From positions 9,338 through 73,337 of the forward strand of contig CAVTGP010000006.1 in the NCBI GenBank assembly GCA_963734315.1: a stretch of 64,000 nucleotides of DNA. Reading direction: 5' to 3'. This DNA comes from an uncultured Actinomycetota bacterium (GTDB lineage: Bacteria > Actinomycetota > Actinomycetes > Actinomycetales > Microbacteriaceae). The translations under genes and the position numbers were made by a program. Under the pieces are notes generated by a model. The model was not told the DNA's origin and did not search any database. It saw only the letters and a list, made by a program, of their open reading frames with translations. Positions 20,170 through 31,845 of this stretch are shown here, in pieces. The number at the start of each line of letters is the position of its first letter. The first letter of the stretch is position 1.

Positions 20170-21716
20170 GGAACGGTCACCTCGGTCGGGACGGGCAGCG
20201 GCGCAAGCACCGTGTGATGCGGTGCCGCGTCCGCCGGGAGCGGGTAGTCGGAGCGGAAGTGCGCGCCGCGCGACTCCTCGCGCGACAGGGCGGCGGCGAC
20301 GACGAGTCGCCCGAGCTGGAGCAGGTTCGCTTCCTCGCCGGCTTCGGGGAGGCGGAGAGCGGCGAGCGCGCGCGAGGCGCGTTCGAGGCCGGTGCGGTCT
20401 CGGTGGAGGCCGGCGCCGGCCCATAGCACCTCCTGGAGGCGCGCGCGATCGAAGGGCTGATCGGGCTCGGATGCCTCCGACGGCATGGACTCGGCTGCGA
20501 CGGTCGGTCCGTCCGTCCAGTCCGGCGCGTCCGGCCATGGCGCGTCGATCGCGTCGGCGGCGCGGTGCGCGAAGACCAGGCCCTCCAGCAGCGAGTTGGA
20601 GGCCAGCCGGTTCGCTCCGTGAGCTCCCGTGCACGCGACCTCGCCGACCGCGAAGAGGCCGGGCACGCTCGTGCGTCCGTGTACGTCTGTCGCGACACCG
20701 CCCATCGCGTAGTGCGCGGCCGGTGTCACCGGCACCGGCTCGCGCGACCAGTCGATGCCCGCGGCGCGGCAGGCCGCGTCGATGGTCGGGAAGCGGTGGG
20801 CGAGGAAGTCCGCACCGAGCGCGGTCGCGTCGAGCACGACGGGGAGGCCGTCCTGCGCCGCCATCTCGACGGCGATCGCACGGGCGACGACGTCGCGCGG
20901 GGCCAGCTCGGCGTCGGGGTGCGCGTCGAGCATGAACCGATCGCCGCGCGCGTTGCGCAGCACAGCCCCCTCGCCGCGGACCGCCTCGGACACCAGGAAC
21001 GTGCGCGAGCCTCCGTCACCCGACGGAAGCCGCAGGGCGGTCGGGTGGAACTGCGTGAACTCGAGGTCGGCGAGCAGCGCCCCCGCGCGCCATGCTGCGG
21101 CCACCCCGTCGCCTGTCGCGATGGCGGGGTTGGTGGTGTGCGCGTACAGCTGCCCCCAGCCTCCGGTGGCGAGGATCACCGCGTCCGCGTCGAGGACGGA
21201 GTCCGTGCCGTTGACGAGCCGCAGCGCGAGGCCGGAGGCCGCGCCCTGCGACACGTGCACGTCGCGGAGGAAGGCGCCCGTCACGACGCGGATGCGCGCG
21301 CTGCGGACGGCGGCGTCGAGCGCGCGCTCGATCTCCGCGCCCGTCGCGTCGCCGCCGGCGTGCAGGACGCGCGCGCTCGAGTGCGCGGCCTCCAGACCGC
21401 GGGCCAGGTCCCGGCCCTCCCGGTCGAACGCGACGCCGAGCGCGATCAGCTCGCGCACGCGCTGCGGGCCGTCGCCGCAGAGCGCCTCCACGGCGGCGGG
21501 GACGTTCAGCCCGGCCCCGGCGCGCACGGTGTCGGCGACGTGGGCGGCGACGCTGTCGTCGGAGAAGACGGCTGCGGCGATGCCGCCCTGGGCGTACCGG
21601 GTGCTGCCCTCGGCGATCGTGCCCTTGGTGACGATCGTCACCTCGTGCCGTTCGGCCGCCCGCAGCGCGGCGACGAGACCGGCGATGCCGCTCCCGACCA
21701 CGACGACGCGGGCCAT
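20163..21716 (-). CDS. nadB: L-aspartate oxidase
   Basis: GSGIAG; YAQGGIAA; QFHPT; SEAVRGEGA; ELAPRDVVAR; AHYAMGG; GANRLASNSLLEG. Confidence 0.95.
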   Translation of the reverse strand: MARVVVVGSGIAGLVAALRAAERHEVTIVTKGTIAEGSTRYAQGGIAAAVFSDDSVAAHVADTVRAGAGLNVPAAVEALCGDGPQRVRELIALGVAFDREGRDLARGLEAAHSSARVLHAGGDATGAEIERALDAAVRSARIRVVTGAFLRDVHVSQGAASGLALRLVNGTDSVLDADAVILATGGWGQLYAHTTNPAIATGDGVAAAWRAGALLADLEFTQFHPTALRLPSGDGGSRTFLVSEAVRGEGAVLRNARGDRFMLDAHPDAELAPRDVVARAIAVEMAAQDGLPVVLDATALGADFLAHRFPTIDAACRAAGIDWSREPVPVTPAAHYAMGGVATDVHGRTSVPGLFAVGEVACTGAHGANRLASNSLLEGLVFAHRAADAIDAPWPDAPDWTDGPTVAAESMPSEASEPDQPFDRARLQEVLWAGAGLHRDRTGLERASRALAALRLPEAGEEANLLQLGRLVVAAALSREESRGAHFRSDYPLPADAAPHHTVLAPLPVPTEVTVPC

Positions 21717-21717
21717 G

Positions 21718-23013
21718 TCAGGCCGCCATCGTCGTGTCCGGCCGCGCCGCGAGCATGCGCTCGAGCGCGACCCGGGCGGGCTCGGCGACGTCGTCGGAGA
21801 CGCGCACCTGGTTGAGCACCTCGCCGCGCACCAGGCCCTCCAGCACCCAGGCCAGATAGCCGGGGTGGATGCGGTACATCGTCGAGCAGGGGCAGACCAC
21901 CGAGTCGAGGCAGAAGATCGTGTGCTGCGGGTACTCGGCCGCGAGGCGCTGCACCAGGTTGATCTCGGTGCCGATGGCGAACGTCGACCCGGCGGGCGCC
22001 GCTTGGATCGCCTTGACGATGTAGTCGGTCGAGCCGTACGCGTCGGCCGCGTCGACCACGTCCATCGGGCACTCGGGGTGCACGATCACGCGCACGCCGG
22101 GGAACTCCGCCCGGGCATGCTCGATCTGGCCGACCGTGAAGCGCTTGTGCACCGAGCAGAAGCCGTGCCACAGGATGACCTGCGCGTCGCCGAGGGTCGC
22201 CTCGTCGTTGCCGCCGAGCGGCTTGCGCGGGTTCCACAGCGGCATCCGCTCCAGCGGCACACCCATCGCCTTGGCCGTGTTGCGGCCCAGGTGCTGGTCG
22301 GGGAAGAACAGCACGCGCCGGCCGCGCTGGAAGGCCCATTCGAGCACGGTGGCCGCGTTGGACGAGGTGCAGACGATGCCGCCGTGCTCGCCGCAGAACG
22401 CCTTGAGCGCGGCCGACGAATTCATGTAGGTGACCGGGACGACAGGCACCCGACCGTCGGCGTCCGGCTCGGTGCCGTACAGCTCTTCGAGCGCCTCCCA
22501 GCAGTCCTGCACCGAGTCGAGGTCGGCCATGTCGGCCATCGAGCAGCCGGCGGCCAGGTTCGGGAGGACGACCTTCTGCTCCGGGCGCGAGACGATGTCG
22601 GCGGTCTCCGCCATGAAGTGGACGCCGCAGAAGACGATCGTCTCGGCCTCCGGACGTGCCTTGGCCGCGTTGGCGAGCTGGAAGGAGTCGCCGACGAAGT
22701 CGGCGTACTGCACGACCTCGTCGCGCTGGTAGAAGTGGCCCATGACCGCGACGCGATCGCCGAGGGTCGCCTTCGCCGCGCGGATCCGCTCGGAGAGTTC
22801 CTGCTTGGAGGCGGTGCGGTACTCGTCCGGCAGCTCGCCCTGACGTGGAGCGTGAGCCGGGATGGGGTCGGCCTGCGATGCGCCGGGACCGTAGGACGGC
22901 GGCGCGGAGTCGAACAGCCACGGCCCGTCGGCGAGCTCCGGTGCGCACGTCGCGCCGTCGAGGCTGCCGCTCGAGATGAGCTGGATGGTGGTGTCGACCG
23001 ATGCGATGGTCAT
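21718..23013 (-). CDS. nadA: Quinolinate synthase
   Basis: GHFYQR; GDSFQL; FCGVHFMAE; AGCSMAD; CTSSNA; GFCSVH; HPEC; CPCSTM. Confidence 0.96.
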   Translation of the reverse strand: MTIASVDTTIQLISSGSLDGATCAPELADGPWLFDSAPPSYGPGASQADPIPAHAPRQGELPDEYRTASKQELSERIRAAKATLGDRVAVMGHFYQRDEVVQYADFVGDSFQLANAAKARPEAETIVFCGVHFMAETADIVSRPEQKVVLPNLAAGCSMADMADLDSVQDCWEALEELYGTEPDADGRVPVVPVTYMNSSAALKAFCGEHGGIVCTSSNAATVLEWAFQRGRRVLFFPDQHLGRNTAKAMGVPLERMPLWNPRKPLGGNDEATLGDAQVILWHGFCSVHKRFTVGQIEHARAEFPGVRVIVHPECPMDVVDAADAYGSTDYIVKAIQAAPAGSTFAIGTEINLVQRLAAEYPQHTIFCLDSVVCPCSTMYRIHPGYLAWVLEGLVRGEVLNQVRVSDDVAEPARVALERMLAARPDTTMAA

Positions 23014-23771
23014 GACTGCTCGCTTTCCGGGGTGGGACGTGGGTCGGTTGCGGGACGTGATCCGTAGGACGGTTGCTGGCGGGGGAGCGGCCCCGCGTCG
23101 GCGAGGTCGGTCGAGTCGTTGTAGCGGTAGAGCCGGGGCGGTCGGTGCGGGGTCCCTGTCAGGTAGTCGCCGGTGGCGACGACGGCGCCGGAGGCCTCGA
23201 TCGTCCGTCGGAAGTTGGCCGGGTCGAGAGGGCGGCCGAGCACCGCCTCGTGCACCTCTCGCAGTTGGGCGAGCGTGAAGCGCTCGCCGAGGAAGGCATG
23301 GGCGATGCGGGAGTACTCCATCTTCGTCCGCAGCCGCCAGAGCGCGTACTCGACGATGACGTTGTGGTCGAACGCCAGCTGCGGGAGGTCGTCGGCGGCG
23401 AACCAGCCGACGTTCTCGCCGGCGGCCGCCTGCTCGGCCTCGGCGCTGCCGACCAACGCCCAGTACACGATGGAGACGACACGATCGTCGCCGGGGGAGC
23501 GGACCGCGTCGCCGAACGTGTAGAGCTGCTCCAGGTAGCGCGGGACGAGGCCGGTCGTGTCGCCGAGAGTGCGTGCGGCGGCGTAGGCCAGGTCTTCGCC
23601 GACCCGGAGCGGGCCTCCGGGGAGTGCCCAGCGCCCTTCGTACGGGTCGCGGATGCGCCGCACGAGCGGCAGCCACACCTGGGGCTGGCCTCCCGTCTGC
23701 TCGTCGGAGCGCAGCGCGAAGATGACCGTGGACACGGCGAGCATCGCGCTCGCGTGTTCGTGTGCGGCCAT
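23010..23771 (-). CDS. nrtR: NrtR-family Nudix-related transcriptional regulator
   Basis: WALPGG with a degenerate Nudix box; YLEQLYTF; LAFDH; wHTH FTLAQL...DPANFRR...RPPRLY; heads the nadABC operon. Confidence 0.92.
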   Translation of the reverse strand: MAAHEHASAMLAVSTVIFALRSDEQTGGQPQVWLPLVRRIRDPYEGRWALPGGPLRVGEDLAYAAARTLGDTTGLVPRYLEQLYTFGDAVRSPGDDRVVSIVYWALVGSAEAEQAAAGENVGWFAADDLPQLAFDHNVIVEYALWRLRTKMEYSRIAHAFLGERFTLAQLREVHEAVLGRPLDPANFRRTIEASGAVVATGDYLTGTPHRPPRLYRYNDSTDLADAGPLPRQQPSYGSRPATDPRPTPESEQS

Positions 23772-23790
23772 CTCGGACCTCCCGTCGGGC

Positions 23791-23845
23791 TAAAGGTCAC
23801 CATAACCCTAAGCTGTAAACCATCTTAGTGTCACTCTGACCAGAA
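23791..23845. promoter_or_regulatory. Two NrtR operator sites
   Basis: TAAAGGTCACCATAACCCTAA (23791-23811) and TTAGTGTCACTCTGACCAGAA (23825-23845). Both are 21-mers with the GT-N7-AC core and AT-rich flanks typical of NrtR boxes. Confidence 0.8.
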
Positions 23846-23936
23846 CGCCAAACCGAGGTTGTCGCACGTGGGCGCGCGCGGGGAGGCCGCAGACCGGATA
23901 TGCTGGCCGGGTCAACTGAATACCGGGCCAATCAGG

Positions 23937-24134
23937 TCGATGCGGGAGAGCCGCGCGCAGTGCGCGGCACCGAAGGAGCAATCCTCCCCGACAATCTCTC
24001 AGGTACGTGTACCGCATCGAACTGGCCACTCTGAAAAGCAGGGCAGCGCACACGCGCTGGCCTCGCCCACGGTGAAAGCCGTGACCGCCACCGTGCGGTC
24101 GCGGTGAAACTCTCAGGCCGTATGACAGAGGGGG
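23937..24134 (+). ncRNA. Tandem glycine riboswitch (two aptamers)
   Basis: Aptamer 1 is GGGAGAG...CCGAAGGAGCAA...CTCTCAGG, closed by TCGATGCGG/CCGCATCGA. Aptamer 2 is CTCTGAAAAG...ACGGTGAAA...AACTCTCAGG...ACAGAG. Directly upstream of gcvT. Confidence 0.92.
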
Positions 24135-24203
24135 AGTTCTTCACACGTCAGCGCGCCGCGCTGCCGTTCATCCCTCCGGCGACGGCCGGCGAACGGAGAA
24201 CTC

Positions 24204-25388
24204 ATGAGCTCGCAGGACAGCCAGAACAGCGCAACGGAGCAGCCCAGCGCGACGGAGCGCACCTCTCCACTGCACGACGCCCACATCGCGGCGGGGGCGT
24301 CCTTCACCGACTTCGCCGGTTGGCAGATGCCGGTCCGCTACTCCAGCGATCTGGCCGAGCACCACGCCGTCCGCACCGCCGCCGGCCTGTTCGACCTCTC
24401 GCACATGGGCGAGATCGTGCTCATCGGGCCGGAGGCCGGCCAGGCGCTCGACTACGCGCTCGCCGGCAAGCTGTCGTCGCTCGCGCTCGACCAGGCCAAG
24501 TACAGCATGCTGCTGTCGCGCGCGGGCGGCATCCTCGACGACCTCGTCGTGTACCGCACGGGCGAGGACCGCTACATGGTCGTCGCCAACGCGTCCAACC
24601 GGGAGGCCGTCGCCGAAGAGCTGCGCGACCGCACCGCCCCGTTCGACGTGGAGGTCTACGACGAGAGCGACGACATCGCGCTGATCGCGGTGCAGGGTCC
24701 TGCCGCCCTCAGCGTCGTGCTCGCCACGCCCGGCTTCCACATCGATGGCGACGACTTCGCGCAACGCGCCACCGAGCTCAAGTACTACTGGAGCATCCCG
24801 GCCGAGTTCGAGACGCATCCGGTGCTCGTGGCCCGCACCGGGTACACCGGCGAGGACGGCTTCGAGCTGTACACCGCTCCCGACAACGCCCGCGCGCTCT
24901 GGGACGCCCTGTTGGAGGCCGGAGCCGCGCAGGGGCTGGTCCCCGCGGGCCTCGCCAGCCGCGACACGCTGCGGCTCGAGGCGGGGATGCCGCTGTACGG
25001 CCACGAGCTCGGGCGCGACACGATGCCGGCCCAGGCCGGACTCGGCCGCGTGGTCAACCTCGCCAAGGACACCGACTTCGTCGGCCGCGCCGCCAGCGAG
25101 GAGGGCCCGGACGCCGAGTCGCGCGTGCTGGTCGGCCTCATGGGCCAGGGCAAGCGCGCAGCCCGCGCCGGCTACCCGGTGCTCGCGCCCGCCGCCGACG
25201 GCGCCGACGAGGAGGTCGGCGTCGTGACCTCCGGCGCCCTCTCGCCCACGATCGGCGTCCCGATCGCCATGGCGTACATCGCGCCGCGGTTCGCCCGCCC
25301 CGGCACCGAGCTGCACGTCGACGTACGCGGCTCCAGCCTTCCGTTCACCGTCACCGCCCTCCCCTTCTACAGCAGAAAGAAGCATTGA
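24204..25388 (+). CDS. gcvT: Glycine cleavage system T protein (aminomethyltransferase)
   Basis: [10 protein letters not shown]; GLFDLSHMG; [12 protein letters not shown]; RDTLRLEAG; VTSG..SPT. Confidence 0.97.
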   Translation: MSSQDSQNSATEQPSATERTSPLHDAHIAAGASFTDFAGWQMPVRYSSDLAEHHAVRTAAGLFDLSHMGEIVLIGPEAGQALDYALAGKLSSLALDQAKYSMLLSRAGGILDDLVVYRTGEDRYMVVANASNREAVAEELRDRTAPFDVEVYDESDDIALIAVQGPAALSVVLATPGFHIDGDDFAQRATELKYYWSIPAEFETHPVLVARTGYTGEDGFELYTAPDNARALWDALLEAGAAQGLVPAGLASRDTLRLEAGMPLYGHELGRDTMPAQAGLGRVVNLAKDTDFVGRAASEEGPDAESRVLVGLMGQGKRAARAGYPVLAPAADGADEEVGVVTSGALSPTIGVPIAMAYIAPRFARPGTELHVDVRGSSLPFTVTALPFYSRKKH

Positions 25389-25389
25389 C

Positions 25390-25764
25390 ATGGCCGCCGA
25401 GCAGGACCTCCAGTACACCGCCGAGCACGAGTGGCTCCTCGTCGACGGCGACACCGCGACCGTCGGCATCACCGGCTATGCGGCCGAGAAGCTGGGGGAC
25501 GTCGTCTTCGTCGAGCTGCCCGCCCAGGGCAGCGATGTCGCGGCCGGCCGCGTGGTCGGCGAGATCGAGTCGACCAAGTCGGTCGGCGAGCTCTTCGCCC
25601 CGGTCGACGGCACTGTCGCCGAGGTCAACCAGGCCGTCGTCGACGCGCCCGAGCTGGTCAACAGCGACCCGTTCGGCGAGGGCTGGCTCATCAAGGTGAC
25701 CTTCAGCGCCCTGCCCGACGGCCTCCTCTCCTACGACGAGTACAAGGCCCTCACGGGCGAGTAA
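25390..25764 (+). CDS. gcvH: Glycine cleavage system H protein
   Basis: YTAEHEW; [10 protein letters not shown]; lipoyl-Lys motif IESTKSV; [10 protein letters not shown]. Confidence 0.97.
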   Translation: MAAEQDLQYTAEHEWLLVDGDTATVGITGYAAEKLGDVVFVELPAQGSDVAAGRVVGEIESTKSVGELFAPVDGTVAEVNQAVVDAPELVNSDPFGEGWLIKVTFSALPDGLLSYDEYKALTGE

Positions 25765-25778
25765 GGCTTCTGCACGAC

Positions 25779-28698
25779 ATGAGCGACCTGTTCCAGACGC
25801 GTCACATCGGCACCGACGGGGACGCGCAGCAGTCCATGCTGTCCGCCCTCGGCGCTGCGTATGCCCAGGATTTCGGAACGGTGGAGGCCCTCGTCTCCGC
25901 CGCCGTGCCGGACTCCATCCGAGTGGACGCCTCCCGCGTGTCCGCACTGCCCACTCCCGTCAGCGAGCGGGCCGCCCTGCGCGAGCTGCGCGCGCTCGCC
26001 GCCCGCAACACGGTGAACCGCAGCCTGATCGGGCTCGGCTACTACGGCACCATCACACCGGCCGTCATCAAGCGCAACGTCCTCGAGAACCCGGGGTGGT
26101 ACACCGCGTACACGCCGTACCAGCCGGAGATCTCGCAGGGCCGACTGGAGGCGCTCATCAACTTCCAGACGATGGTGTCCGATCTGACGGGTCTGGACAC
26201 CGCCAACGCGTCGATGCTCGACGAGGGCACCGCGGTCGTCGAGGGGATGCTGCTGGCACGCCGCGCTTCCAAGGCAGCTGGCGCGACGTTCGTCGTGGAC
26301 GCCGACACCTTCCCGCAGACGCTCGCACTGCTGCGCAACCGAGCGGAGGCCGTGGGAATCGAGCTCGTCGTGCTCGACCTCGCGTCCACGCCCGGGGACG
26401 CTCCGGAGCTGCAGGAGGCCTTCGGCCTGTTCGTGCAGTACCCTGGCGCCTCCGGCCGGGTCTGGGACCCGTCCGCTGTGATCGCCGCGGCGAAGGCCGC
26501 CGGCGCGGTCGTCGTGGCCGCGGCCGACCTGCTCGCGCTCACGCAGCTGACCTCGCCGGGCGAGCTCGGCGCCGACGTCGCCGTGGGCACCAGCCAGCGG
26601 TTCGGCGTCCCGATGGGCTTCGGCGGGCCGCACGCCGGTTACATGGCGGTCAGGAAGGGCCTGGAGCGTCAGCTCCCCGGCCGCCTGGTCGGCGTCTCGC
26701 AGGACGCGATCGGCAGGCCCGCCTACCGGCTCACGCCTGCAGACCCGGGAGCAGCACATCCGCCGCGAGAAGGCGACCTCCAACATCTGCACCGCCCAGG
26801 TGCTGTTGGCGGTCATGGCCGCGATGTACGCCGTCTACCACGGTCCGGCCGGGCTCCGTGCGATCGGCCGGCACGTGCACCTGTCCGCCGTCGCGGTGGC
26901 CGAGGCGCTGCGCTCGGCCGGCGTCGAGGTCCGGTCGCGTTCGTTCTTCGACACTCTCGTGGTCGAGGCGGACGACGCGGCAGTCGTGGTGGAGCGCGCC
27001 CATGAGCGCGGCCTCCTGCTGCACGCGGTCGACTCAGGCCTCGTCTCGCTCAGCCTCGACGAGGAGTCCGCGGCCGACCTGCGCGACGGCGTCTTCCCGC
27101 TCGCCGACCTGATCGAGGTGCTCGGCGGCACGGTGGAGGGCGAGGCGACGGTCTCGTTCGGCTCCGAGTCGTCGTTCGAGCCGGCGCTCGCCCGCACGTC
27201 CGCGTTCCTGACGCACCCCGTGTTCTCCACGCACCACTCGGAGACCGCGATGATGCGCTACCTGCGCCAGCTGCCGACCGCGACTACGCGCTCGACCGCG
27301 GGATGATCCCGCTCGGCTCGTGCACGATGAAGCTCAACGCCGCCACCGAGATGGAGGCCGTCACCTGGCCCGAGTTCGCGGCCCTCCACCCGTTCGCGCC
27401 CGCGGCCGACGTCGCCGGGTCCCTCGAGCTGATCGACCAGCTCGAGGGCTGGCTCGCCGACGTGACCGGCTACGACACCGTCTCTCTGCAGCCGAACGCG
27501 GGCAGCCAGGGCGAGCTCGCCGGCCTGCTCGCGATCCGCGGCTACCACCGCTCGCGCGGCGACGACCAGCGCACCGTGTGCCTCATCCCGCAGTCCGCGC
27601 ACGGCACCAACGCCGCGTCTGCCGTCCTCGCCGGCATGAGCGTCGTCGTCGTCGCGACCGACGAGCTCGGCAACGTCGACCTCGACGACCTTCGCGCCAA
27701 GATCGCGGCGAACGCCGACACCCTCGCGGCCCTGATGATCACGTACCCGTCGACCCACGGCGTCTACGAGCACGAGGTCGTCGCCATCACCGCCGCGGTG
27801 CACGACGCGGGTGGCCAGGTCTACGTCGACGGCGCGAACCTCAACGCGCTGCTCGGCTACGCCCGCTTCGGCGACTTCGGCGGCGACGTCAGCCATCTCA
27901 ACCTGCACAAGACGTTCTGCATTCCGCACGGCGGCGGCGGGCCGGGCGTCGGCCCGGTGGCCGCGAAGGCGCACCTCGCGCCGTTCCTGCCCGGGCACCC
28001 GCTCGCGCAGGACGCGACGCATGTGCTCGCCGGTGAAGTGCAGCGCATCGAGCACGGCGGCGGCCCCGTCTCGGCGGCGCCCTACGGCAGCCCGAGCATC
28101 CTCCCGATCAGCTGGGCCTACGTGCGGATGATGGGCGCCCAGGGTCTCACCGACGCCACCGGCGCTGCGGTGCTCGCGGCCAACTACGTCGCGGCGCGGT
28201 TGCGCGAGCACTTCCCGGTGCTCTACGCGGGCGACGACGGCCTGGTCGCGCACGAGTGCATCCTCGACGTCCGGCCGCTCACCGAGCGCACCGGCGTCAC
28301 CGTCGACGACGTCGCCAAGCGCCTCATCGACTTCGGCTTCCACGCGCCGACGATGTCGTTCCCGGTGGCGGGCACGCTCATGGTCGAGCCGACCGAGAGC
28401 GAAGACCTCGCCGAGCTCGACCGCTTCGTCGACCGCCATGATCTCGATCAAGGCGGAGGCCGACGCGGTGGCGGCGGGGGAGTGGCCGGCGGACGACAAC
28501 CCGCTGCGAGGCGCTCCGCACACCGCAGAGTCGGTCGCGTCGTCCGCGTGGGACCACGCCTACACGCGCGAGCAGGCCGTCTATCCCGTGCCGACCCTGG
28601 TGCGGAACAAGTACTGGCCTCCGGTGCGACGCATCGACCAGGCCTACGGCGACCGCAACCTCTTCTGCGCCTGCCCGCCTCCCGAGGCCTTCGCGTAG
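25779..28698 (+). CDS. gcvP: Glycine dehydrogenase (P protein, single chain); apparent frameshifts near 26735, 27275 and 28435
   Basis: [63 protein letters not shown] and [13 protein letters not shown] are spread over four frame segments. Confidence 0.93.
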
Positions 28699-28745
28699 GC
28701 GACAGCACCCGTCGAGAACGCCGAAGATCGGCCGGAAACCGCTTG

Positions 28746-29573
28746 CTAGGCGAAGACGCCCGGCCAGAGGGCGACGGCGAGGGGGTAGCCGACGAACGAG
28801 ACGATGTCGATGACGACGTGCGCGACCACCAGCGGCATCACCCGGCCCCAGCGGGTGTAGCACCACCCGAAGACGACCCCCATGATCGCGTTGCCGACGA
28901 AGGGGCCGAAGCCCTGGTACAGGTGGTAGCTGCCGCGCAGCACCGCCGCCGAGAGGATGATCGTCCACTTCCCCCAGCCCAGCTGGCGCAGACGCGTGAA
29001 GAGGTAGCCGACGATGATCACCTCCTCCTGCAGACCGGCGCGCAGAGCAGCGAAGATCAGGATGGGCACCGTCCACCAGTAGGTGTCCAGCGGCGAGGCC
29101 TGCACCTGCACGGTCAGCCCGAGCACCCGGCCGAGCGCGTAGAAGAGGATGCCGGGGATCCCGATCACGAGGAACAGCACCACGCCGCCGCCCAGGTCCC
29201 GTCTCGGCCGGCTCAGGTCGAAGCCGATACGGCGGAAACCGCTGCGCCGGGGCTGCCAGAGCAGGAAGATCACCAGGGCGACCGCGAACAGCGGGAATGC
29301 GTTGCCGAGGAACTGGTAGAGGAAGTCGAAGACCTGACGGCTCGACTGGGACGGGTTCACCTGCGCCGTCTGGTCGGCCAGGGGCGTGCTCTGCGTGGAG
29401 CGGTCGATGATCGAGACGATCGAGTACACCGCGGACTGGCCGAGCGAGAGGCCCAGGACGATCGCGACCTCCCACCACACGCGGGGGCGGTCGCTGCGTT
29501 CGACGGGCAGCTCGCCTGTCCACGTCGCTGTTTCGTCCGCCGCCGGAGCGGTCGCGGTCGGCTCACTGCTCAT
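28746..29573 (-). CDS. CPBP (CAAX/Abi) family intramembrane metalloprotease
   Basis: EEVIIVGYL; [10 protein letters not shown]; [10 protein letters not shown]; multiple TM segments. Confidence 0.88.
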   Translation of the reverse strand: MSSEPTATAPAADETATWTGELPVERSDRPRVWWEVAIVLGLSLGQSAVYSIVSIIDRSTQSTPLADQTAQVNPSQSSRQVFDFLYQFLGNAFPLFAVALVIFLLWQPRRSGFRRIGFDLSRPRRDLGGGVVLFLVIGIPGILFYALGRVLGLTVQVQASPLDTYWWTVPILIFAALRAGLQEEVIIVGYLFTRLRQLGWGKWTIILSAAVLRGSYHLYQGFGPFVGNAIMGVVFGWCYTRWGRVMPLVVAHVVIDIVSFVGYPLAVALWPGVFA

Positions 29574-29723
29574 AGGTGCATCCTGCCAGGCCCCGGGCGA
29601 GCGCGGGGACACGTTGTGTATCCGTGGATATCACCCCGCGCATGCGGGATGCGCTCGATTTCTTGCGTTTCACGCGCCGAGAGCACCGTTTCGAGGGCCT
29701 TCGCGCAACGATTCGCCGACTGA

Positions 29724-29739
29724 GTTACCACTGTGTAAC
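29724..29739. promoter_or_regulatory. GTTAC-N6-GTAAC site (GlnR/MtrA-type box candidate)
   Basis: GTTACCACTGTGTAAC lies in the AT-rich divergent gap upstream of the peptide ABC binding protein. Confidence 0.45.
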
Positions 29740-29853
29740 GTTTTCCAGCCTCATTTTGCATTCCCACTCAACGGTACCTAGGTTGTTCTTATCCCGCGGG
29801 GTTCGGGTGCTCTCGCACGCCCGTGCCGTCGCACACTTCGCACAGGAGGAACA

Positions 29854-31649
29854 TTGCACATCAAGGGAAGAAAGGTCAGGTACGCGGTCAGCGCCGTCGC
29901 CGTCGCCGGCGTTGCCGCGCTCGCGCTGTCGGCCTGCACCACGTCCGGCAGCACGGCGCACCTCGTCCGCAGCCAAGGGCGGCACCGTGACGGTCGCTGT
30001 CGTGAACGACTTCACCTCGTTCAACTCGCAGACCCCGCAGGGCAACCTGGACACCAACGGCCAGGTCGGCTACCTCGACGGGTCGTACGGTACTGGTTTC
30101 CAGTACATCGACAACAACTACAAGATCGTTCACGACGACAAGTTCGGCAAGTTCGAGAAGCTCTCGGACGACCCGCTGACGGTCAAGTACACCCTGAACA
30201 AGAACGACAAGTGGTCCGATGGCCAGCCCGTCACCGCTGACGACATGGTGTTCGCCTGGGCGATCGCCTCCGGTTACTACGACTCGGCGAAGTTCGACGA
30301 CCAGGGCAAGGTGACCAGCGGCACGCAGTACTTCTCCATCGCGGGCTCGACGGCGGGCATCGACTCGACCGCGTTCCCGACCGTGGGCGACAACAACACG
30401 TCGATCACCCTGAAATACGCCACGCCGTACGTGGACTGGGAGCTCGTCAACCCGATCGCGCAGCCCGCGCACATCGTGGCCAAGAAGGCGGGCCTCTCGT
30501 CGGCCGCCGACCTGACCAAGCTGCTGAAGACGCTGCCGAAGGGCGACCCTGCCGCTCCGGTCGCCGCCAACGCGACCCTGAAGAAGGCCGCCGACTTCGT
30601 CAACACCGGCTACGACGTCACCGCGTTCCCGACCGACAAGGACCTGCTGGTCTCCTCCGGCCCGTTCGTCGTCTCGTCGTGGACCCCTGGCCAGTCGCTC
30701 ACGATGGCGCAGAACAAGTACTACGACGGTGGTCTCAAGCCGAGCGTGGACAAGATCGTGTTCCGTATCATCCCGGACGCCAACGCCCAGGTCACCGCTC
30801 TCCAGAACGGTGAGGTCGACATCATCAACCCGCAGGCCTCGGCCGACACGCTCACTGCCCTCAAGCAGACGAGTGCGAAGGTCCTGACCGGCGACCAGGC
30901 GTCGTACGACCACCTCGACCTGAACTTCGGTTCGCAGGTCTTCGCCGACCCGAAGGTCCGTGAGGCGTTCCTGAAGACGATCCCGCGTCAGCAGATCCTC
31001 GACTCGATCGTCACCCCGGTGAACCCGAAGGCCAAGGTCCTCAACTCGCAGATCTGGCTGCCGAACCAACAGCCCGAGTACGGCGACTCGGTGAAGAACA
31101 ACGGTTCGTCCGCGTACGACAAGGTCGACATCGACGGCGCCAAGGCGCTGCTCGCCGGTGCGACCCCGACCGTCCGCATCCTGTACAACACGAACAACCC
31201 GAACCGTGTCGACGAGTTCCAGGCCATCCAGACGTCCGCCGCCAAGGCTGGCTTCAAGGTCGTCGACGCCGGCTCGCCGGACTGGAGCAAGCTGCTCCCG
31301 GGCGGTAACTACGACGCATCGCTCTTCGGCTGGATCAGCCCGGGTGCCGGCACGGCGCAGATCCCGCAGCTGTTCACCACGAACGGTGGCGGTAACTACA
31401 ACCGCTTCTCCGCTGCGAACGACGACGCTCTGGCCACCGCAGACCACGCTCGACACGAGCAAGCTGGTGTCGCTGGAGAAGAACATCGACAAGACCGCCT
31501 TCTCGCAGGCCTACGGTCTGCCGCTGTTCCAGCTGCCGGGTGTCTTCGGTGCCACCGCTCGCGTCGACGGCGTGAAGTACATGGGCAACCAGAACGGCCC
31601 GTTCTGGAACTTCTGGGAGTGGACCGTCAAGTCCTCGACCGCGAAGTAA
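29854..31649 (+). CDS. Peptide/nickel-family (SBP_bac_5) ABC substrate-binding lipoprotein; apparent frameshifts near 29960 and 31435
   Basis: TTG start after AGGAGG; lipobox LSAC; KWSDGQPVTADD; SSGPF; ALQNGEVDI; VREAF; LPLFQ; strongly biased codon usage. Confidence 0.88.
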
Positions 31650-31660
31650 CGCTCGACCAG

Positions 31661-31727
31661 GGAGAGTGCCCGGGGAACCCCCCGGGCACTCTCCTGCGAC
31701 GGGGCGTCGGCTTCGAGTCGACGCCCC
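31661..31727 (+). terminator. Double stem-loop after the binding-protein gene
   Basis: GGAGAGTGCCCGGGG/CCCCGGGCACTCTCC (31661-31694), then GGGGCGTCGG...TCGACGCCCC (31701-31727). Confidence 0.7.
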
Positions 31728-31845
31728 GTTATCATGTAGTCGGCGGTCGTGATCCGACCGTTTCCTCGAAATCGCGCCGGGCGAGCCCCCAGCTCAGCCG
31801 ACCAACCCGTTCATGGCGCGCCCTGTCAGTGAAGGTTTTGAACCT

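Noticed and set aside
25779-28698. gcvP as a natural split (gcvPA/gcvPB) or programmed frameshift
   Set aside because: The three breaks fall inside conserved motifs, with no new RBS/start and no slippery sequence. They fit the window-wide indel errors.
28746-29573. CPBP/Abi protease as a phage-defence or bacteriocin-immunity gene
   Set aside because: No bacteriocin precursor, modification enzyme or defence gene is nearby, and the family is ubiquitous.
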